A model generated the notes under the pieces. It saw nothing but the letters and a program-made list of their open reading frames with translations. It was not told where the DNA came from and searched no databases. 64,000 bases of DNA from Prevotella sp. (lineage in GTDB: Bacteria > Bacteroidota > Bacteroidia > Bacteroidales > Bacteroidaceae), in NCBI GenBank assembly GCA_017474925.1, contig JAFVGN010000002.1, positions 41,662 to 105,661 on the forward strand. Direction: 5' to 3'. The translations under genes and the position numbers were made by a program. Position 1 is the first letter of the stretch. Every line of letters starts with the position of its first letter. Below are positions 48,453 to 58,097 of this stretch, piece by piece.

Positions 48453-49648
48453 AAAGGTTAGTTGTTTCAATGATTAATAAAAAAAGAATGATAGACAAAC
48501 GAATTTATAATCACAAATGCATTGTCTTTTGTGGTGACCATTATAATCCATTAGGAATAATACGAAGCCTTGGTGAGATTGGCATTCACCCAATTGCTAT
48601 CTTGGTGGCAATATATCCTGTCCTTATAAACCATAGTCGCTATGTCTCAAAGTTGCACCAAGTAAAGACTAATGAAGAAGGATATGATATCTTGCTAAAA
48701 GAGTATGGTTACGAGCAAGAAAAGCCTTTTTTGTATACTGCAAGTGATGATATCACTTCTTTGCTTGATATGCACTATGATGAGTTGAAGGACAAGTTTT
48801 ATTTTTTCCATGGCAGCAGCCAGGGCATTGTTACTCGCTTCATGGATAAGGAAAATATTTGTAACCTTGCTGTGGAATGTGGATGTGGTCTGGCAAAAAC
48901 AGAGATTGTTAAGCCTGGCATTCTTCCGACGAAAGTTTCTTATCCTTTAATAACCAAGGCCATTATTTCTACACTTAGCGACTGGAAAGAGGATTCTTTC
49001 ATATGCCATAACGAAGAAGAACTGAAGGAGGCATATAAGCATATTAGGAGTCAACGCATATTGCTTCAGGAGTATATTACGAAAAAGAATGAACTCTGTC
49101 TTGATGGTTTTTGTTTCAATGGAGGCGAGGATGTATACATTCCCTATTATAGTAATTATCTGAGATTTTCGAATATCAGCTATGGCCCCTATATGGTAAT
49201 GCGTCCGTTTCTTGACGAAAAGGTGATGGGGCAGGTTAAGGCTATCTTGAAGAAGGTTGGTTTTACTGGTATCTTTTCTGTAGAGTTTCTGATAGGCAAT
49301 GATGATAAATTGTACTTCTTGGAAGTAAACTTTCGAAATTCCACATGGAGTTATGCATACACCTGTGGAGGGTATAACATGCCGTATCTATGGGCAAAAG
49401 CTACTCTTGATGGGGCTTTAGATCTTTCGGAAATAAAGCCGTTACCTGAATTTACAGCTATGGTTGAGCCAGATGATTTTGTTGAGAATGTTATCAAACT
49501 CAGAAAGGTAGGCCTGTGGCAGTGGATGAAGGAAGTGAAAGCATCGAAACGGTATTATTATAACAAGGATGATAATAGTCCTTTCTGGCACTATATGCGG
49601 ATGAGGTTATGTCGCCTCATAAAGAAGAAAATTAAGCATACATCATGA
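48449..49648 (+). CDS. ATP-grasp carboxylate-amine ligase-like protein 2
   Basis: HYNPLGIIRSLG, MDK, YPLITK, LQEYI, GIFSVEF..YFLEVNFRN. ATGA overlap with the BCCT stop. Confidence 0.82.
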   Translation: MKRLVVSMINKKRMIDKRIYNHKCIVFCGDHYNPLGIIRSLGEIGIHPIAILVAIYPVLINHSRYVSKLHQVKTNEEGYDILLKEYGYEQEKPFLYTASDDITSLLDMHYDELKDKFYFFHGSSQGIVTRFMDKENICNLAVECGCGLAKTEIVKPGILPTKVSYPLITKAIISTLSDWKEDSFICHNEEELKEAYKHIRSQRILLQEYITKKNELCLDGFCFNGGEDVYIPYYSNYLRFSNISYGPYMVMRPFLDEKVMGQVKAILKKVGFTGIFSVEFLIGNDDKLYFLEVNFRNSTWSYAYTCGGYNMPYLWAKATLDGALDLSEIKPLPEFTAMVEPDDFVENVIKLRKVGLWQWMKEVKASKRYYYNKDDNSPFWHYMRMRLCRLIKKKIKHTS

Positions 49649-50556
49649 TGCTGAGTGAATTGAGGAAACGATTAAAAGAGTCTGCTTGGCTTCTTGGAAT
49701 ATGCGAGAACGGATTCGATGACCTGAAAGCTGGTCGCATTCATTGGATTGACAACGGCCGCTATGGAGGCAGGAAATGGTTTGCCGACCCTTTCATACTT
49801 GACCAGGACAAGCTATATGTCTATTTGCTGGTGGAAGAGTTCGACTATCAGGTGCATCGCGGCAGGATTGCCAAGTTATGGATAGATCGTAAATCATGGA
49901 CGGTTGTGGACTGTAAAATCGTGCTTGACCTTGACACCCACCTGTCATTCCCGATGATCTGGCGTGAGAGCGGTCAGGTATATGTTTGCCCCGAGAACTA
50001 TCACTCTGGCGGATGGAATATGTACCGCTACGATGCTGACAACGAGAAACTGGAGTTCGTGCAGCAACTTTCCGACCAGAAACTGACGGATGCCATCGTA
50101 TGGCAAGATGGTAGCGACTATTGGCTCCTGTCAACCTATGAGCCAAAACCCAATGGAGCCGAACTGACTATATGGAAAAGTAACGTGTTGACTGGGAAAT
50201 ATCAGGAAATCCAACGGGTGATATTCAATGAAAACATAGGGCGCAATGCCGGAATGTTGTTCCGTCAGGGAGAAGGGTGGATTCGTCCTGCTCAGGAGAG
50301 CAACAATGAGTATGGTCACAGCATCTCGTTTCAAATAATGACGCTGAAGAATGGCTGGTTCAGCTTTAAGGAACTATACCGTTTTCATTCGCCTCACCCG
50401 GTATATGACGCTGGGACTCATACCTTCAATACCTTTGGCAATATGGCTGTTATCGACGTAAAAGGATATCGCCACAGGGGCTTGGCAAGGCTGATGGGGT
50501 TTGTTGGCGGGTTGTTGGTAAAGGCTGGACTAAAGAAACCTTTTGTTATTCAATAG
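49645..50556 (+). CDS. Five-bladed beta-propeller (GINT1 N-terminal/GH43-like) protein
   Basis: WFADPF, EEF, HLSFP, PEN, RNAG, RPAQ..YG, GTHT. Confidence 0.7.
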   Translation: MMLSELRKRLKESAWLLGICENGFDDLKAGRIHWIDNGRYGGRKWFADPFILDQDKLYVYLLVEEFDYQVHRGRIAKLWIDRKSWTVVDCKIVLDLDTHLSFPMIWRESGQVYVCPENYHSGGWNMYRYDADNEKLEFVQQLSDQKLTDAIVWQDGSDYWLLSTYEPKPNGAELTIWKSNVLTGKYQEIQRVIFNENIGRNAGMLFRQGEGWIRPAQESNNEYGHSISFQIMTLKNGWFSFKELYRFHSPHPVYDAGTHTFNTFGNMAVIDVKGYRHRGLARLMGFVGGLLVKAGLKKPFVIQ

Positions 50557-50559
50557 CAG

Positions 50560-51591
50560 ATGAAGATTGCTCACATTATATGGGGACTTGACACGGGTGG
50601 GGCAGAGACTATGTTGGTGGATATCATCAATATTCAGGTAAGAACTGAGGAGGTTGCCTTGCTGGTCGTCAACAATCTGGTGAATGAGACGCTGCTGACA
50701 AAGATAGACAAGCGTTGCAAGGTGAGGCTGTTCAAGAGAAAAGTTGGAAGCAAGAGTATTATCCCTTGGCTGAAGATAAACGTTTTCCTTTGGCGGTACC
50801 GACCAGAAATAGTTCATTTCCATCTGGAGGGAATGCGGAAGATGCTCTGCTGTCCGGGGAAGAAAGTATTCACCATTCACAACATGCACACTTCGGGCAA
50901 GGAATATGGCCAATACGATGCCCTCTATGCCATTTCTGATGCCGTGAAGAAAAGAACAAAAGCACAAGGGTATGAGTCCGTAACCATTTGGAACGGTATT
51001 CATCCTGAAGATATAAAGGTCAAACAAGATGTCTCTCATGGGAGGAAAACCTTCTATCGCTTTGTAAGTGTTGGCAGACTTTATACCGTCCATAAAGGTC
51101 AAGATGTATTGATTGGTGCGCTCACAGTTTTGAAAGAAAAAAAAATCTTGCACTACCATCTGGACATTATCGGTGACGGCGAGGACAGAACCCGGCTGGA
51201 AACTATGATTGCTGAAGCAAGACTGTCGGAACAAGTGTCGCTGTTAGGTAGCAAAGACAGGAAGTATGTATACAATCATCTTTGCGACTACGATCTGTTT
51301 GTCCTGCCTTCCCGTTCCGAGGGTTTTGGCCTGACACTGGCTGAGGCAATGTGCGCCAAGGTGGCTGTCGTGACGAGTGACTTGGAAGGGCCCATGGAAG
51401 TCATCGACAATGGGCATTTGGGCTGGCATTTTAAATCGGAAGATAAAAATGATTTGGCGGCAGTTTTGGAATCGTTGATGGCTCAAGGTATTGAGCAGAA
51501 CAGAGTTCAGACTGCCTACGATTATGCCGTTAAGAACTTTAATATTGAAACGGCAACCAAGCAATATTTAGTCGAATATAACAAGTTGTGA
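50560..51591 (+). CDS. Glycosyltransferase family 4
   Basis: GGAE, VGRL...KG, PSRSEGFGLTLAEAM. Confidence 0.92.
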   Translation: MKIAHIIWGLDTGGAETMLVDIINIQVRTEEVALLVVNNLVNETLLTKIDKRCKVRLFKRKVGSKSIIPWLKINVFLWRYRPEIVHFHLEGMRKMLCCPGKKVFTIHNMHTSGKEYGQYDALYAISDAVKKRTKAQGYESVTIWNGIHPEDIKVKQDVSHGRKTFYRFVSVGRLYTVHKGQDVLIGALTVLKEKKILHYHLDIIGDGEDRTRLETMIAEARLSEQVSLLGSKDRKYVYNHLCDYDLFVLPSRSEGFGLTLAEAMCAKVAVVTSDLEGPMEVIDNGHLGWHFKSEDKNDLAAVLESLMAQGIEQNRVQTAYDYAVKNFNIETATKQYLVEYNKL

Positions 51592-52841
51592 AGATAGTAT
51601 TAGTAAACTACAGGTATTTCATCAGCGGCGGTCCGGAACGCTACTACTTCAATATCAAGGAATTGTTGGAGCAGAAGGGACATGACGTCATTCCATTCTC
51701 TATAAAAGGTTCCAGGAACTTTCTCGCAGGAGACTATGAGAAGTATTTCTTGGACATCGTGGATGACGAAGTGTACTTTGCTAAGAACAAGAAGAAAAGC
51801 ATCAGGGTCATCATGAAATCGTTCAGCAGGATGTTCTACTCGTTGGAAGCTAGACGGAAGTTCGGACAGTTGCTGGATGATACCCAGCCTGATGTGGTGT
51901 ATATCATGCAGTTCCACAACAAGATGTCCCCCAGTATTATTGATGCAGCCAAGAAACGGGGCATTCCTGTAATACACCGTATATCAGACTTCCAGTACAT
52001 GTGTCCCAACGCCTTGTTCTACAATGAACGGACGGGGGTTTGCGAAGACTGTCTGAAGGGAATGCGGTTGAGTTGCATCAGAAATAAGTGTGTGCTGAAC
52101 TCTTCTGTGTTCTCTGCCATCAAGATGGCTGCAAAATGGTTTCATGACATTACTGGTGTGGCGCGTATGATTGATGCCTTCGTAGTACCTTCGACATTCA
52201 CCGTCAAGAAACTAGAGGAGTATGGTATTCCTCAACGAAAAATGCATCATATCCCAACATTTTTTAACTTAAAGGAGACAAATCCGGAAGTGGAATACCA
52301 ACCGTTTGTGCTCTACGTAGGCAGAATAGAAAAGCAAAAGGGACTGATGACGTTGGTGATGGCTTTTGAGAGTACAGACTATGAGCTGAAGATAATTGGG
52401 TTTTCAAACGACGGCTATGAGGATGAGTTGAAGACCTACCTTCAGAGAAAACAGCATCATATTGAGTTTCTTGGGAGGATGACTTTTGATGAGATGATAC
52501 CTTATCTGAAGAGCTGTCGCTGCACGGTTGTACCGTCTGAGTGGTATGACAATTTCCCCAATGTAATCCTAGAGAGTTTTGCCTACAAGAAGGCTGTTAT
52601 AGCTACTGACTTTGGGTCTTTGCCTGAACTTGTGCTTGATGGCATGACGGGACTGACCTTCAAGTATGCGGATGCCTGTGACTTGCAAGCAAAGGTTGTC
52701 TACATGCTGCAACATCCTGACGAAGCAATGGCCATGGGCGAGCATGCATTTCAGGCTGTTGTGGAAAAATACTCGCCCGAAAGACACTATCAACAACTGA
52801 GGACCTTATTTGAGAGTACCATGTCTTCCAAAAATAGATAA
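51588..52841 (+). CDS. Glycosyltransferase family 4
   Basis: GGPERY, Cys-rich insert, YVGRIEKQKG, PSEWYDNFPNVILES. Confidence 0.9.
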   Translation: MKIVLVNYRYFISGGPERYYFNIKELLEQKGHDVIPFSIKGSRNFLAGDYEKYFLDIVDDEVYFAKNKKKSIRVIMKSFSRMFYSLEARRKFGQLLDDTQPDVVYIMQFHNKMSPSIIDAAKKRGIPVIHRISDFQYMCPNALFYNERTGVCEDCLKGMRLSCIRNKCVLNSSVFSAIKMAAKWFHDITGVARMIDAFVVPSTFTVKKLEEYGIPQRKMHHIPTFFNLKETNPEVEYQPFVLYVGRIEKQKGLMTLVMAFESTDYELKIIGFSNDGYEDELKTYLQRKQHHIEFLGRMTFDEMIPYLKSCRCTVVPSEWYDNFPNVILESFAYKKAVIATDFGSLPELVLDGMTGLTFKYADACDLQAKVVYMLQHPDEAMAMGEHAFQAVVEKYSPERHYQQLRTLFESTMSSKNR

Positions 52842-52863
52842 TTGATTTTGACATACAATAAAG

Positions 52864-53301
52864 ATGACGCTGAAAAGACTTAAAACGCACATCTTTTTTA
52901 CGTTGGCCAAATTGCCTATGAAGGGACAATGGAGGTGTCGGTTCATGAAGATGGGCGGTGTGGATTTTGCAGACAACCACGCATTTATTGGAAGAAATGT
53001 GGATTTTGACACGATGTATCCAGAGAATATCCACATAGGACGACATGTTCATGTTACCGCAAGTGTCTGCATACTTACCCACTATCTGGAAACGAGAAAG
53101 GCCGGTATCAACTGGCGAAGCGGTCATGTTTACATCGGAGATGATACCTTCATAGGTGTTGGAACTATTATCTGTAAGGATGTCAGGATAGGCAACAACG
53201 TGATAATAGGTGCTGGAAGTGTGGTAACAAAAGATATTCCTGATAATGAAATGTGGGCAGGGAACCCTGCCAGATTCATGAAGAAGAGAGAAAAATGTTA
53301 G
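52864..53301 (+). CDS. Hexapeptide-repeat (LbH) acyltransferase
   Basis: IHIG..V, LTH, IGDDTFIG, IGAGSVVTKD, AGNPAR. Confidence 0.88.
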   Translation: MTLKRLKTHIFFTLAKLPMKGQWRCRFMKMGGVDFADNHAFIGRNVDFDTMYPENIHIGRHVHVTASVCILTHYLETRKAGINWRSGHVYIGDDTFIGVGTIICKDVRIGNNVIIGAGSVVTKDIPDNEMWAGNPARFMKKREKC

Positions 53302-53316
53302 GACAGCTTTAATATC

Positions 53317-54414
53317 ATGGCAGAAAAGAAACTTAACGGAACGGTCATTGTGACGTACCGGTGTAATGCAAGGTGCTCGATGTGTAATCGGTATAAGGCG
53401 CCATCAAAGGCAGGTGAGGAGATCTCGATTGAAACAATCAGAAAGCTTCCTAAGATGTATTTCACAAATATCACGGGTGGAGAGCCGTTTATTCGTGAAG
53501 ATTTGAAGGAGGTAGTAAGGGAATTGTATAAGAAGAGTGACCGTATTGTCATATCTACTAATGGTTTCTTTACGGATAGGATTTTGGACTTGTGCAAGGA
53601 GTTCCCGCAGGTTGGCATCCGCATTTCGATAGAGGGCCTGGAACAGACGAATAACGAGATCCGTGGGCTTGAAGATGGCTATCAGCGTGGGTATACTACT
53701 TTGAAGAAACTGCGCGAGATGGGCATGAAGGATGTGGGCTTCGGTATGACGGTTCAGGACAAGAATGCGCCAGACCTGGTGCCGCTATACAAGATATCCA
53801 ACGAGATGGGGATGGAGTTTGCGACAGCATCGCTGCATAACTCTTTCTATTTTGTTGAGGCTAAGAATATCATCAAGGACCGCCCAATGGTAGCGAAAAA
53901 CTTCGAGAGACTGGTGAACGAACTGCTGAAGAGCAATTCACCTAAGAAGTGGTTCAGGGCCTACTTCAACCATGGGCTGATTAACTATATTTACGGTCAG
54001 AAGCGATTGTTGCCCTGCGACATGTCGTTTGACACATTCTTCATTGACCCCTATGGCGACGTGATGCCTTGTAATGGCACGAAAGACAAGGAGGTAATGG
54101 GAAATCTGAATCGGCAGTCGTGGGACGATTTGTGGAATTCGTCTGAGGCAGAGCAGGTGAGAAAGAAAGTGCGATGTTGTAACCGTAATTGCTGGATGAT
54201 AGGTTCGGTAAGTCCAGCCATGCATAAATACATCGGAAGGGTTATCCCCTGGGTGGTGTCACATAAAGTAAAGTCACTCGTTGGACTGAAATACTCGATG
54301 TATGAATTGCCCGTATGTCGTGACTACCGAGACGGAAAGATAACAAAGGAGGCGTTGGACAGTCTGTCGACATGTGACATGAATGCAATACCCAACGACG
54401 GATTGAAGAAATGA
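53317..54414 (+). CDS. Radical SAM/SPASM protein
   Basis: CNARCSMC, TGGEP, C...FIDPYGDVMPC, CCNRNCW. Confidence 0.92.
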   Translation: MAEKKLNGTVIVTYRCNARCSMCNRYKAPSKAGEEISIETIRKLPKMYFTNITGGEPFIREDLKEVVRELYKKSDRIVISTNGFFTDRILDLCKEFPQVGIRISIEGLEQTNNEIRGLEDGYQRGYTTLKKLREMGMKDVGFGMTVQDKNAPDLVPLYKISNEMGMEFATASLHNSFYFVEAKNIIKDRPMVAKNFERLVNELLKSNSPKKWFRAYFNHGLINYIYGQKRLLPCDMSFDTFFIDPYGDVMPCNGTKDKEVMGNLNRQSWDDLWNSSEAEQVRKKVRCCNRNCWMIGSVSPAMHKYIGRVIPWVVSHKVKSLVGLKYSMYELPVCRDYRDGKITKEALDSLSTCDMNAIPNDGLKK

Positions 54415-55511
54415 AGATAGTCGTTACCGGCACACGTGGCATCCCAAATATCATGGGCGGTGTGGAGACACATTGCGAAGAGCTGTTTCCAAGGATAGCT
54501 GCTCTTGGACATGACGTGACGGTCATTCGCAGGAAGAGTTATGTACAAGACAAACTGACGGAATGGCGAGGGGTTCACTTGTTGAATATAGAAACACCAA
54601 GGAAAAAGTCGTTGGAGGCCATTATTCATACGTTTCGCGCTATCAATAAGGCCAGACGATTGAAGGCCGACGTAGTCCATATTAATGCCATTGGTCCTGC
54701 GCTGCTGGTGCCATACGCTAAGCTGTTGGGCATGAAAGTGGTATTTACGCACCATGGTCCTGACTACGACCGTGACAAATGGGGTGTTGTTGCCAAGGTG
54801 ATGCTCAGACTGGGTGAGTGGCTGGGTTGCCGATTTGCCGACCATGTCATTGTCATCAGCAGTGTCATTCGTGAGCTGATAGCCAGGCGTTGTGGCAGGA
54901 GCAAGAACGTACACCTTATATATAATGGGGTGCCAGTTCCAGAGTTTTGCCATGAGCCGGACTATTTCAAGGAGCTGGGCATTGAGGAAGGAAAGTATAT
55001 TCTGGGTATGTGCCGCTTTGTGCCAGAAAAAAGACTCCACGACCTTGTGGATGCCTTTACATCATCCCACATCCCTCAGACTTCATCCATCAAACTGGTG
55101 TTGGCTGGTGATGCGGATTTTGAGGATGACTACTCGCGCGAACTGAAGCAGAAGGCGCGAGACAACGGGGTAGTGCTGACGGGATTTGTCAGAGGGCGTA
55201 AACTGCATTCACTGTTGACAAATGCGCTATGCTATGCGTTGCCATCGTCGCATGAGGGATTGCCTATTGCTTTGCTGGAGGCCATGAGCTACCGGTTGCC
55301 TGTCATCGTTTCGTGCATTCCCGCCAACAGGGAAGTGGGATTGCCTACCGACAGCTATCATGAGGTGGGCGATGTGCATGCATTGTCAGAGAAGTTAGAG
55401 GCTATTGTCAGTCAGTCCTTACAGCGTATCGATTACGACATGAGCAAATACGACTGGGATGCCATTGCCCGGCAAGTGGCTGAGGTCTATGATGCACTAC
55501 AGACTGAATAA
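54411..55511 (+). CDS. Glycosyltransferase family 4
   Basis: GTRGIP..GGVE, RFVPEK, PSSHEGLPIALLEAM. Confidence 0.92.
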   Translation: MKIVVTGTRGIPNIMGGVETHCEELFPRIAALGHDVTVIRRKSYVQDKLTEWRGVHLLNIETPRKKSLEAIIHTFRAINKARRLKADVVHINAIGPALLVPYAKLLGMKVVFTHHGPDYDRDKWGVVAKVMLRLGEWLGCRFADHVIVISSVIRELIARRCGRSKNVHLIYNGVPVPEFCHEPDYFKELGIEEGKYILGMCRFVPEKRLHDLVDAFTSSHIPQTSSIKLVLAGDADFEDDYSRELKQKARDNGVVLTGFVRGRKLHSLLTNALCYALPSSHEGLPIALLEAMSYRLPVIVSCIPANREVGLPTDSYHEVGDVHALSEKLEAIVSQSLQRIDYDMSKYDWDAIARQVAEVYDALQTE

Positions 55512-55513
55512 TT

Positions 55514-55556
55514 TTCCGCATTTCCTTTGCGGAATGGGAATTTATGTATATTTTTG
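55514..55556 (+). promoter_or_regulatory. Hairpin plus internal -7 box upstream of the last five locus genes
   Basis: TTCCGCA..TGCGGAA stem; TATTTTTG at 55549-55556. Confidence 0.5.
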
Positions 55557-55576
55557 CATAGAGTTAGCATGAAGAT

Positions 55577-56656
55577 ATGGATTTTCTGGAATTGCTGAGA
55601 TTTTCCATCAACGAACAGACTGTTGTTCCTGCTTCAGAAGAAACTGACTGGGACGACCTATTCGCGCAGGCTAAAAAGCAGGCGTTGGTGGGAGTGCTGT
55701 TTCATGGCATAGAGCGCCTGCCCAAAGAGCGACAGCCACTTAAGAACTTGAAGCTCAGGTGGTATATGTCGGCCGAGAAACTGCGGAAACGGAATGAAAA
55801 GGCTAATAAAGTAGCTGCTGAATTCACAGCTGTGTTAGAAAAGGCTGGTATCGGGAATTGTATACTGAAAGGTCAGGGTAACGCGTTGATGTATGCTAAC
55901 CCCTTTTGTAGGACTTCTGGCGACATTGATGTATGGATAGACCCTCAGAAAGCTGTTATTCGTCATGACGAACTATGTTTAGGTGACGAGCGGCTACATA
56001 TAAAGAAAATTTCCTATCGCCATATTGAGATTGGAAAGTATCATGATGTGCTGGTCGAGGTGCATACCCGTCCTTCATTCATGAACAATCTGATACACAA
56101 CTACAGAATGCAGCATTGGTTTGAACAGGAGCGGGGACGACAGTTTTGTAATCAAGCTGAATTGCCTGGGGGGGCAGGGACAATCTATGTCCCGACTGAT
56201 GATTTCAACGTCATCTATCAGCTCAGCCACATCAACAACCACTTCTTTTATGAGGGCATTGGCTTACGGCAATTTGTCGACTATTACCACCTGCTGAAGA
56301 GGGCAAGGAACCTGGACCGTGACAGGATTGCCAGCTTACTGAAGCGCTTTGGTCTGTACAAGATGGCGGGGGCTGTGATGTATGTTGAGTCTGAACTTTT
56401 GGGACTGGACAAGGAATTCTTGATTGCCCCTGTCAACAGACAGGCTGGCGAGCTGCTCTACAGGGAGATTATGCTGTCCGGCAACTTTGGAAAGTTTGAC
56501 GAACGGCGCATTCAAGTGTCAGGAAAGATAGGCAAGAATCTTAACAGGACACGTCGCGACCTGCGATTGTTGCGTACTTTCCCTTCCGAGTGCTTGTGGG
56601 AGCCGTTCTTCAGAGGGTATCATTTCGTTTGGAGACTACTGTACGGAAATATCTGA
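55577..56656 (+). CDS. Uncharacterised nucleotidyltransferase family protein (NTP_transf_5-like)
   Basis: ILKG....Y...R.SGDIDVW, VEVH, H...H....GIGLRQFVD. Confidence 0.8.
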   Translation: MDFLELLRFSINEQTVVPASEETDWDDLFAQAKKQALVGVLFHGIERLPKERQPLKNLKLRWYMSAEKLRKRNEKANKVAAEFTAVLEKAGIGNCILKGQGNALMYANPFCRTSGDIDVWIDPQKAVIRHDELCLGDERLHIKKISYRHIEIGKYHDVLVEVHTRPSFMNNLIHNYRMQHWFEQERGRQFCNQAELPGGAGTIYVPTDDFNVIYQLSHINNHFFYEGIGLRQFVDYYHLLKRARNLDRDRIASLLKRFGLYKMAGAVMYVESELLGLDKEFLIAPVNRQAGELLYREIMLSGNFGKFDERRIQVSGKIGKNLNRTRRDLRLLRTFPSECLWEPFFRGYHFVWRLLYGNI

Positions 56657-56659
56657 TAA

Positions 56660-58093
56660 ATGAGAAACAATAATACAAAAGGTAACATGATGAAGGGGCT
56701 GATTATCTTTGCTGATTTTCTGCTCCTGAACGTGATATTGTTGGCAGCCGTCAAATGGAATCCGTTGATGGAGGACTGGGATCTGACCAGAATCAGGGCG
56801 TTTTCTATCTTCACCAATCTGGGCCTGCTTATCAGCCAGTATTACAACTCGACTATTATCCACTATCGCAAGGTGAATGCTGCCGACATGCTGCGACGCA
56901 TTATCCGGCTCAGCGTCACGATGGTGGTGGTGGCCTACCTGTTGATGAAGCTGATGAACCAGCACTTTCCGGCAGGCTATTCGCTGGTGGGTATAGGTTC
57001 TATTTTCCTGCTGTTAGATTTGATAGCAAGATTCATCGAACGTCAGATAGTGAGGCATTATCGCTTTATGGGTCGAAATTCCCGTTTTGTGACCTTTGTG
57101 GGTAACGATACGGAGCTCCAGAATATCTATCACACGCTGAACGACGATGCTTCGATGGGTTATCGCATCCTGGGCTATTATGCCGATGCTGAGCTGATGC
57201 CACAGGAGAGGCAAGACGGACGGCATGCTGCTGACATTAATATGGAACGATTGGGGACGCTGCAGGAGTTCATGGACCATTTAGACCATCTTGAGCAGCT
57301 GAAGATAGGCGACGAACTCTATGTGTGCCTGTCGCGAACTGAACGTGAGACTATTCGCCGTATTTCACAGTTCTGCGATCAGAATGTCATCAGGTTCTAC
57401 TTCGTGCCAGTGTCTGTGGAAACGCTAGGTATCGACCTGAAGCGAGAGATGCTGGACGACATCGAGATATACACCACTTACGAGAACCCGCTGGAGAACC
57501 CCGTCAACAAATTGGTGAAACGATTGTTCGATATTGTATTGTCGTTGATTTTTTTATTACTGACATTGCCTTTCCTTCCCTTCATCTGGCTTTTCATTAA
57601 GTTACAGAGTCCTGGGCCGTTGCTTTTCAAGCAGGTTCGGACAGGACTGGACGGAAAAGATTTCAACATGCTGAAGTTCCGTTCCATGCACGTCAACAGC
57701 GATGCCGACCGCTTGCAGGCTACGAAGGATGATCCAAGAAAGTATCCTTTTGGTGATTTTATGCGAAAGGCCAATATTGACGAACTGCCTCAGTTCTGGA
57801 ATGTCCTGAGGGGAGATATGTCGATAGTAGGTCCCCGTCCGCACATGTTGGCGCATACTGAGCAGTATTCGCAGCTGATAGACAAATACATGGTGCGCCA
57901 CTTTGTAAAGCCTGGTGTGACGGGATGGGCCCAGGTGACTGGCTTCCGAGGGGAGACAAAGGAATTGTGGCAGATGGAAGGGCGCGTCAAGCGTGACATT
58001 TGGTATATTGAACACTGGAGCATCTGGCTCGATATCCGAATTATCTGGATGACTTTGAAAAGTATGATTGTACACGACAAAAACGCATATTAA
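56660..58093 (+). CDS. Undecaprenyl-phosphate sugar-1-phosphate (priming) transferase, WcaJ-like
   Basis: KRLFDI, KFRSM, DELPQFWNVL.GDMSIVGPRP, KPGVTGWAQV. Confidence 0.93.
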   Translation: MRNNNTKGNMMKGLIIFADFLLLNVILLAAVKWNPLMEDWDLTRIRAFSIFTNLGLLISQYYNSTIIHYRKVNAADMLRRIIRLSVTMVVVAYLLMKLMNQHFPAGYSLVGIGSIFLLLDLIARFIERQIVRHYRFMGRNSRFVTFVGNDTELQNIYHTLNDDASMGYRILGYYADAELMPQERQDGRHAADINMERLGTLQEFMDHLDHLEQLKIGDELYVCLSRTERETIRRISQFCDQNVIRFYFVPVSVETLGIDLKREMLDDIEIYTTYENPLENPVNKLVKRLFDIVLSLIFLLLTLPFLPFIWLFIKLQSPGPLLFKQVRTGLDGKDFNMLKFRSMHVNSDADRLQATKDDPRKYPFGDFMRKANIDELPQFWNVLRGDMSIVGPRPHMLAHTEQYSQLIDKYMVRHFVKPGVTGWAQVTGFRGETKELWQMEGRVKRDIWYIEHWSIWLDIRIIWMTLKSMIVHDKNAY

Positions 58094-58097
58094 ATTT

